From: Selaginella moellendorffii
Lineage: Eukaryota > Plantae > Lycopodiophyta
Reading direction: 5' to 3'
DNA length: 64,000 nucleotides
NCBI RefSeq assembly: GCF_000143415.4
Contig: NW_003314293.1
Span: forward strand, 960,062-1,024,061
The notes beneath the pieces were generated by a model that was not told the origin of the DNA, ran no database searches, and was given only the letters and a program-made list of their open reading frames with translations. How positions within the stretch are numbered: position 1 is the first letter of the stretch; the number at the start of each line of letters is the position of its first letter. Below, in pieces: positions 52,848-61,569 of the stretch. The position numbers and the translations under genes are program-made.

Positions 52848-54713
52848 ATCCATTTCGACCATATGGAACAATTTTCAGGCTGGTCAACAATAGGAGCTCA
52901 TGTTTATGATCACAAGTAAGTGGCTTTTTATTTTTTAAGGATTCTATACTGATTTACATTATAACTATTCCTTTTATATGTTGCAGTGCAACTTGACTAT
53001 AGCTATAGTCAAATTCAATGTTCAAGATTTCCAAACTCAAATTGTCTTTTGGACATATATATTCGAGGTTGTTGAACAGCGAAATGGGAAGAAACCCAAC
53101 TTCTGCGGTTTCATGGCAGATGCTGCTAGTGCTAACTGGTTGGCTATACGATAAGTATTTGAATGTGATAAAAGTCAGCCATTACAAGGTAGAGAGAAGA
53201 GTTGTGAGTTTCATTGGGCAAAGAGTGTCAATGAACATTGCCGATACATCAAGTCTAGCTTCCATCACGAGTTCAAGTAGATTTGTTGGGAATGGATGGA
53301 TGCACCAACTAAAGAGGAGCACAAGGCAAAAGCAAATAAGATGTGCATATGGTGGCATAAAGGAGACAAAATACCATATGAACACCTTCCACAAATGAAG
53401 CGTTGGCTTGCATGGTGGGAAGTTTGAATGTTTTAGTGGGGCCATTACATTCTCCATGGAAGTTTTCTCTTATTTTCTTTTCTTGTCACATTCAAATGTT
53501 GTATTTTTCCTAGGATCAAACATTGCACTTACACCAACAATTAATCTCTTCGAGAGCAAACATTGGAGTTGGAGAGCTTCTAAAGCAGGGAAAGGAAAAG
53601 TGTCTCTCTATAAAGCTACACTCTCTGACCTCACTAGATCTCTTGAGCAGTCATCAAAAGCTTTGGCTACACAAGAAGCAAGGTCTATTGGTACAGGTCC
53701 AAACTTAGACAAGCTTCGAGAGCGGGTTAGTAGAAGGACAACACCAGCAGCAAGGTTAATATCTAAGATGGTGGAGGAAGTTGTTATTGGAACTCCTATA
53801 GAATCAAGTTATGAACCATTTGGGGACATGAGGACAACCTGTATGAAGTGTCAATAGACATTTGATGGGCCCAACATCACTCCTTCTAGCTCTCACCATC
53901 TAGAGTTTGACTACCATTCTGTTCCACAACACTAGAGAAGAACTAGTTTCTTGTATCAACTGGGCAATTCAAAGAGTCAATGCCAAGAGTAATGTGTGTT
54001 GCTCTGGAATGATTGGGAGTCAAGGTCAGTGTCTTGCATTTGTGCGCTCAGGTTCAAGTTATTTAACAGTACCATGTTTTTGGGGCTGTCGAGATCTAGG
54101 GGTAAAGGGCTGCTAGTCAAGTTGGATTTATTGTTGTGGGACTGATGTTACTCATACAAACTGGATCCACAACTCAATTATCTCAAAGCCAAATTCTGTG
54201 CCAGAGGAGTGGCCAGTTGAGTGAAGCTACAATCTTTTGAAAGCAGAGATTGAAAGTCTGGAGAGAGCTGGTTTCAAGCTGAAGACTTCCTCAAATGTTG
54301 CTATTGATACTATTATGCCACCAATGTCAACACTAAACTGGCATATGTGACCAGCTAGAAATGGGAAGGCTGTACAATATAGGTCTTCCATTTCAAAAGG
54401 TGCACAAAAGAAGATCAAGCTGGCAAAGGCATTGAAATGCACAATCACAAGGATAAACTACATCAGTGCCGTGGCTAAGCAGTTTGTTATTGTGACTAAG
54501 TCATCAAAGGGTATGAGCTACACTATCAGAATTTGCAAAAATCCATCTTTTACTTGTCCAAATTTTACATAAAGGGAAAACAGGGGAAAGGTATATTTAG
54601 CCTGCAAGCACATCTATTACATTTTTATGTAGGAACTAAACCAAGATCCTAAGGTTGACCATCACATCCATTAGGCAAGCCTTACAATTGCAGAGCTTGA
54701 GAAGTGTTTTTAG
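52848..54713 (+). pseudogene. MULE-like DDE transposase with C-terminal SWIM zinc finger, copy 1 (5' part deleted)
   Basis: GFMADAASANWLA...SCEFHW; TINLFESKHWSW; YTIRICKNPSFTCPNF...LACKHIYYIF (SWIM, first Cys mutated). Confidence 0.75.
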
Positions 54714-55407
54714 ATTGTTTTTATTGTTCAGATCTATATTTATATTTGTATTTTATTGATCAAATTTACTTGGAAATATAGATTATATCAAAATTTGAAA
54801 AATGGAAAGATTTTGGTTCAGGACAAACCAATGTTTTTCTTGTGTTTGAGAAGTTGTGAGCTCAGCTCATGAGCTCATGGGCTCAAAACCTACCCGGGTT
54901 CGTTAAATGGTTCAAAGAACGTGTGAAATTAGAGTGGTGCAATAGAAGCATGGACTTGAAGTTTGCCAAGGCGAGAGTATCATGACTGGGAAAGTAGTTC
55001 CCGAGTGTTCAAAGAGATGGTTTTAAATGAAAGTCGATGGTTAAAGACTTTCACACTTATGTGTTATGCTAGTCATGTGACTTGCTAAAGTGAGATTGGC
55101 AAATCGGGGAAACAAAAACCCTACTTGAAGGAGTGACTTCAAAAAGGGTGGCCCATGGGGCCAAGCATAGAGGAGTCTATGCATGATCACAAACTTGTCA
55201 AGTGAGAGGATTTGGTAGTTGGGAGGAACTAAATTCCTAAGCTGTGATCTATAGCACGCTTTAAGTATAAGTTGGTGCACCGAAGTGGGGAGTCATGCCA
55301 AACATCCTGGGTGATGCTGTCTGTAGATGCATATACGGAGGTTGGGTTTGATCTAGTGCTTGGGTTTGAGTCCTAGCTCACTAGGGCGTGGTAATGGTTT
55401 GGAATAT

Positions 55408-55680
55408 GAGGACACTCATTTTTAAGTGGTCATGGACTCTCGATAAGGAGACTAGCTTGGGCACACCGCCAAGTAAGGGATGCCCCAGAGTTGTGATGCA
55501 TGGTTAGATTGCTTAGTATGAAAGCTTAGTATATTTAACTTGAACACTTTGGTGCAAGTGGCACTAAGGATGTGGTGAATGGGATGAGGACACCCAATCT
55601 CAGTTGTTATGGACCTTTAGATGGAAGGGCTAGCTTGGGCATACCGCTAAGTGTGGGGGATGTTTCTGGGGTCATGGTCA
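55408..55680. repeat. Diverged ~180-bp-period repeat in unassigned G/T-rich, retroelement-like sequence
   Basis: AGGACAC...CTAGCTTGGGCA(C/T)ACCGC(C/T)AAGT at ~55408 and ~55588. Confidence 0.55.
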
Positions 55681-57111
55681 ACAAGTTAAAGGTTTGGAAG
55701 ATTTAATACTAATTGGTACACTTGTTAAGGTGTTAAGGTTAAATCACTAGGTGGTCTTATGGCTAAAACAAGGAGAAGGTCCTTGTGAGGTTAAGGAATG
55801 AAGTTCCTAATTCAAAGTGTTGATTTGAATTATTGGTAATGGTATGGCTTGGTTAAAGTGACCAAATGAGAAAAACACCTAAGGAAAATAAATTGCGACA
55901 ATACAGTGGTATTACGAGTCTAAGAAAGGGACTCATGAGTGGGTCACTAGGTTATGCTATATATAGAGCTCATAGCAGAAAATGCTAAAAAGACCTACTA
56001 GAGGTGAACAACCTCTAGACTTGGCAAAGTAGAGTTTTTGCTATAGAACCAAAAGGATACCTCGAGGATAGAAGTAGTAATTCTATGTTGCTTTGAGCAA
56101 CAATCAAAATATAGGAGTAGAAGACTAGAGGCCATGAATAGGCCATAGAAATCATTGGAAGGAATCCAAATGGAAAAGTTAGATGAGGAACATTCATGTA
56201 TTTAGTGGTAACAGATTGTGGAAAAAGAAATATATTTCCAAGGATGGATTCCTAAATGCTCTAATTTGGTGAAATGAAAGCTCCAAGGGAGGGAGCAGCA
56301 AGGTAGCCAAATGATAGGGCTGTGGACAGCCCTAGCACAAATTATGGAAAAATGAAATTTAATGTCTAGAGTGACACGAAATAGGAGAGAGGATGATGGT
56401 GCCCTCAAGTAAAGAACTTCCTAGGATGGGGAAATTGAGTTTGCACAATATATGCAATGCAAGATGTCAAAAACACTTAGGAAATTGACTTTGAGAAGTC
56501 AAAATTAAAAGTTCCAAAGTGCGATGGTTATGCTAGTAGAGGCCAAAGCTACTCTTGAATGAGTAGTCAAATAGAAATAGAGACGATGTCTTTAATGCAT
56601 TTACTATGAACTAAACGAACAAAAGGGGAAGGACCACTATAAGTGGTTTAATGAGTTTCTAAGGGGGTTGGGTAGTTTTTGAGCTGAGCTCAAGTCAATG
56701 AAAGTCAATGAAAGTCAATATAGTCCACCAAATACAAAAGTTGATGTTGAAGTGATTGGTTCGGGACGAACCAACAATTCTATTCAAAACTTAAGACATA
56801 CTTTCAGTTCAAGAAAAAGCTAAATAATATAAATCTAATAAGAAAATAAATATCATAAGTCAAAGAAAAAACTCTATATTACCACTAAAAAATTCGACTA
56901 AAAAGAAAACTAAACTTAGTCTTCCTCGGCATCCACATCCACAAAAGGAGGAGTTCGTATAGTATTATGCTCTCTAACTGTGGGCTCTTGTTGTATATGA
57001 GCTTGTGCCATTGCTTCTGCATAACATGGCAAATTATAGCCCACATCATCGATCCACCTAATATACACAACCATGATAGAATTACTATAAGGAGAAATTT
57101 ATACTTTATTA

Positions 57112-60100
57112 TCACCTATTATGCAATATCCCAAGAACACCTTCAAATGCACTCTCCTTCTCTAGTGCAAAAACTGCACACCCAGTCTCTTTAGCCGCTA
57201 GCACCATCGAACCAAAACCTGCTGTAGCATCAAGCACAATCCCCTTAGGAGGACAAAACAACTCTAGGAGGATTTGCATGGCCTTTGGTGAACGGTGTCG
57301 ATAACCTGGGAACTTTATATGATGGTCCTCGTCAATGACATTCGGGATGATATCTGTTGAGCTATCATATCCTAGCAATGCCAAACCTGCACGCTCATCA
57401 GCTCGTGTAATACTGTGACAGCAAGAGTAGCAGCAGAGAGCATGGTAGTTCCATGCTAAAACCTACAAGGAAAAGAGGCAATCAATTTAAGATATGAAAA
57501 ATAAGGAAATGCAAACCTTTTGGATTCGGCCACTTGCTCCTTTTGTTTCGACCGGGATGTTTGAGAGTAGGCAGCCTGATGCAAACTCAACCAATCTAGA
57601 GTCATCATTCTCCGCCATCGTTGCAAGAAGACCTCCCCAAAATAAAGAACGGGGAAGAATGACTAGCATAATGCCCTCGTATCGCAACACCTTGGATGCC
57701 ACATCCACCACTTGAGAAATATGGTCCGGTCGAAGGATGTTCCAGGATGGAGTGTCACCTTGTAAAGGTGGTAACCCATCAGGCAGATCGAAGAATGTGA
57801 GGTCGATGCCGAAAGTATTGTTCATTCCCAATCCTCGCATCCATCGATGGAACATAGAAGACTCTCGGCTCACATTGTTGGAAAGCTGAAAGTAGTCCCC
57901 AATAACTATTTCCATGTTGCCAACACTTCCTGTAGGAGAAAGAGGGCGAACCTAAATAGTGTTCAAAACCAGGAAATATTAAAGTTAATACATGTTTTTT
58001 TTCATACCTGTTTATGTGAAGCCGATGAAGATAACTCTTGGAGGTCATCCTCTGTAGCAGTGGGGAGGGATGGAAAGAATCCATTTGTACGTCGACGTAT
58101 AGAGTGCTGGCTGGTTTCTCCGACATCTACGACCAAATTACAATAAGCAAGGTCATTGGAAATCAAGTTTTTACTCTCTTGGACGTCCTCACTATGGAGC
58201 TGCCTTCGTATATTTCGAGCAGCTGGGGCTGGATGAGCAACAGCAGTAGGATCTAGGGAATGAGCAACTGCTGTAGGATGAGATGGGGCAGAAGAGTTTT
58301 CAGCCAGGTTCTCCACTCGTTCGTCTTTGGTCTGCTCAATATGAATCTCGTCCCTGTCTTTAGGCATCTCCACTCCCTCCAAAAGTGCCTCTACAATAAA
58401 GTAGAAACAAAAGTTACTACTAGGAAATTTTACTCATCAAACCTGGATGACACTCGAGGTAGAGATCAAGCTCAAAAGGTGACAATGGCATTTGCCTCCA
58501 CAACTCCAAATACCATGGACAAAGTTCTCGCTCCCGTGCAGTGGAACACTGAAACTCTGGCTCATACATGCCAAGTTTCTTCCCACCAGTTAAGAGCTTG
58601 AGAAAAACACTTGCTGTATACACTGGAGCACCTGGGCAATGATTTAAATACCTACAAAAGAGTCATGATTAAATAAACAAGTCAATTTCTTGCAATGTAC
58701 CTATATGCCATGCGACGTGAGAAAAATGATTGGCCTGGCTGGTTCTTGAAATCCATAGAGCTTGAGCTGCTATTAGGAAGCCATCTATCCCCAAGCTCTT
58801 GAAGGTAAGCTCGGACATATTCTGGAAGTGTTATGCCAGTGCAGGCATTAATAAGGAACTTTGTATCCCATGTTTGAAGTAACTCCTCAATAGCTGCAAT
58901 ACTTTGAGTGATATAGAGCTTCTCCTTCATCACATTCTCAAGTTTGTTCTCCAACCTCTTATCATTGTTACGATGCCAAGTGTTGAGGAGTTCCAAGCAA
59001 GAGGTTTGTTCGTTGAAGGAGAGCTTGCTTTTTGCGATGTTATAGATCAATTCTTCAGGTGCTTTACCATTTCCTGCAAGGACAAGGATTTCAAAATGGA
59101 ATGAGAAAGATAAAAGGGACTAACTTACTACCACGAGAGTATATCTCTGCAATGCAATCCAACCAATCTTTATTGCGGCGAATGTCTGCAATCACAAGTA
59201 ACTTTTTCACCTTTGATTTCTTCGAGTTCAAAATGCACTGCTCAATTTGTTGTAGTTCAAAGTTCTTTTGCACCTCATCCGTCACTTGCGTAATCTTCAA
59301 ATACAAGTTTTGCTCTGCCTTGACAATTGGTTAAAAGAAAAACTTGTGAGTAGAAAACACAAGTTCATGCAAGAAAAGGATACCTTTACCTAGACCGCAA
59401 CCAAAAAATCCATAGGCACCTGATACCAAGTAAGCAACTCTTGGCCTTTACGTGCTACAAGCTTTGCTTGAACCACTTCCATAACTTCACGACTATACAG
59501 CATCTGGATTTCATCGAGAGAAAGCATGCCAACATATCGAAGGTGCTCAATATCATGGACCAAGGTATGTGCTTGGAAAGCAAATTGATTAAGCCTGTAA
59601 TATAGTTGGTGAGAACAAAGGTTACAAGTAAAAGATTCTTACATGTTGATCTTGTGATATGCCAAGTTGAGCCTCACAGCTTGGTTTTGATCTTGTGGCT
59701 CCACAAGTGTCACTGGAACACAAATATGTCACTCGTCATCGTCTTGGAACTTTTCTTGGATACACCTCCAAAATGCAAGCCACCGGTGGTTTCCATCAAT
59801 AATGAAGAACATCCGGCCTACAAAGGCTTGTGTCTCCTTGTAGCACGCCATCAAAGTATCAAACTCCTAAGATTTCCTCTGCCATATTTGATCCCAAGTC
59901 TGCTCAATCTCATGAGTAACCATGTCTATGCGATTTGTTCTGGGAAATGATGACGACACAATAAACGATCCAGCAGTGTGCCCGAATCCAACCTCTGTGA
60001 AAGAGGTATAAATAGCCATGTTGAGGTCATAGGCTGAGTGCACCCAGTGACTCTGCTTAAGACGGCAAAGTGGAATCTTAAAATGTTGGGATCCTTTCCA

Positions 60101-60574
60101 AGCCATTTCACCTAACACCTTGCTGATAGTTCGTTCTTGAGCCTGGACAATAGTCTCGCATACTCGCTCATTCAAAATCGTGTCGGCCTCTAGCATAGTT
60201 ACCACCTCATTTCTGTGACCTTTAGGAGCAGCAGCATGTCCACCATTTCCACCACCAAGATCTGCCCCACCACCTATAGCACTAGGTGCTTCATTTCTGC
60301 CACCAAGTTCCACGCCACCACCAAGTTCTCCTGTGCTATAGCTAGCTTCTGCATTTCCACACTCTCTAGAACCATCTGGCTCTTGCATGCTAACATCTGG
60401 ATCAGGATCAACCATTACTTAGATCTGGACACCACTGCTCCCACCATGGTCTTCCTCCGAAGCAGCACTTTGAACTTGTGAGGTGTCCCTAGTGAATCTA
60501 GCACAACGATCTAGTTGTTTTCCTGGAGAACAGGTCCATTGAGGTTGACCGGGACGCTTCTTCTATTGTGGCAT
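57112..60574 (-). pseudogene. Multi-exon gene for a ParB/Sulfiredoxin-like domain + beta-class N6-adenine/N4-cytosine DNA methyltransferase, copy 2 (MTase exons open; point stops in the 5' exon)
   Basis: ATG at 60574. MFFIIDGNHRWLAF at ~59770-59812. EIVIGDY...IDLTFFDLPDG...VASKVLRYEGIMLV at ~57915-57660. HRSPKAMQILLELFCPPKGIVLDATAGFGSMVLAAKETGCAVFALE at ~57297-57160. Short GT-AG introns, e.g. ~59597-59642 and ~57463-57515. Stops at ~60564, ~60420 and 59867. Confidence 0.8.
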
Positions 60575-60638
60575 GATTTATATATCTGTATGAAAATGAC
60601 AAATAAACTTGAGTAAACATTAAAAAAACCGCGAAGAA

Positions 60639-61027
60639 GTTCCCTTGGCACTAGGAAGATCGGTTTGTCACTGAACCGATCTTCGCAGCACCAAGGGAAC
60701 AAAAAAAAAAAAGAAAAGAAGAAGTTCCCTTGGCGCTGGGAAGATCGGTTCGTCACCGAACTGATCTTCGCAGCACCAAGGGAACAAAAAGAAAAAAGAA
60801 AAGAAGAAGTTCCCTTGGCATTGGGAAGATCGGTTCTTCGCCGAACCAATCTTCCCAGCACCAAGGAAAAAAAAAAGAAGAAAAGAAGAAGTTCCCTTGG
60901 CGTTGGGAAGATTGGTTCGTCGCCGAACCGATCTTCCCAGCGCCAAGGGAACGACAAGAAACAAAAAAAAACCCAAAACCTGATGTGCTGGGAAGATTGG
61001 TTCGTTGCCGAACCGATCATTCCAGCG
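60639..61027. repeat. Array of 5 ~62-bp palindromes, period ~84 bp, with A/G-rich spacers (transposon copy 2)
   Basis: Consensus GTTCCCTTGGCGCTGGGAAGATCGGTTC-GTCGCC-GAACCGATCTTCCCAGCGCCAAGGGAAC at 60639, 60724, 60809, 60891 and, partially, 60986. Confidence 0.92.
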
Positions 61028-61140
61028 TGAAGTAGCCGTTGATTGAGGAGTGTCTTTCTAGTGTCTTGAAGAGCATCTAGCATCCAGATTGAGAAGCATC
61101 TTGAAGCATTCAAGCGTTTTTCTCTCACCCTTCCTTGCTC

Positions 61141-61260
61141 AAACCCTAGCAGTAAAACCCTAAAAATTAACAGTCACGATCAATGGTCACGATCAACAGT
61201 CATGATCAACAGTCACGATCAATTTCTTAACAGTACTTGGATATATTTATAGGACAAATC
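61141..61260. promoter_or_regulatory. Putative bidirectional promoter of the transposon: telo-boxes, 4 x 13-bp repeat, TATA-like sequence
   Basis: AAACCCTA at 61141 and ~61155; (AACAGTCACGATC)x4 at 61169-61220; TATATTTATA at ~61242; located between divergent genes. Confidence 0.45.
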
Positions 61261-61569
61261 CATTATGAACATAGATTTCACGTGTTCTTTCCAAGGAGAC
61301 AATCATTCAATGCTTTAGATATTAATTGTAAAATTGATTGTGAGAGGAATAATACTGTTGAAATGAATGGGGTTATGAGCAAGAGGCGCTGATTAATCAC
61401 GAGAGCTGCAGCATTAATTGCTTGTTCTCCCTCTCATCTCCGTGCTCTTTTCCCTTCAAAAGAGTTTCATTCTTTTGTGATAAGTGAGAGAGATTTAAGC
61501 TCGAAAAGGTTGGTTCGCATGCGAAAAAACCGTGCACGAATTGACTTCGATGCCAAGTGACTTTGAACA

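Larger units (their letters stand above)
42739..54896 (+). mobile_element. Mutator-like (MULE/SWIM) DNA transposon carrying a ParB-methyltransferase gene, copy 1
   Basis: Imperfect TIR GGGTAGTTTTTGAGC ... GCTCAAAACCTACCC. Subterminal TTGGTTCAGGA(T/C)(G/A)AACCAA at both ends. Colinear with 56664-64000 apart from nested insertions and indels. No TSD found. Confidence 0.8.

Noticed and set aside
60639-61027. CRISPR-like repeat-spacer array
   Set aside because: Repeats are ~62-bp palindromes, spacers are low-complexity A/G tracts, there are no cas genes, and the context is eukaryotic.
60511-61128. 205-aa ORF and overlapping Lys/Phe-rich ORFs (also 52178-52752)
   Set aside because: Spurious reads through the palindrome/A-tract array.
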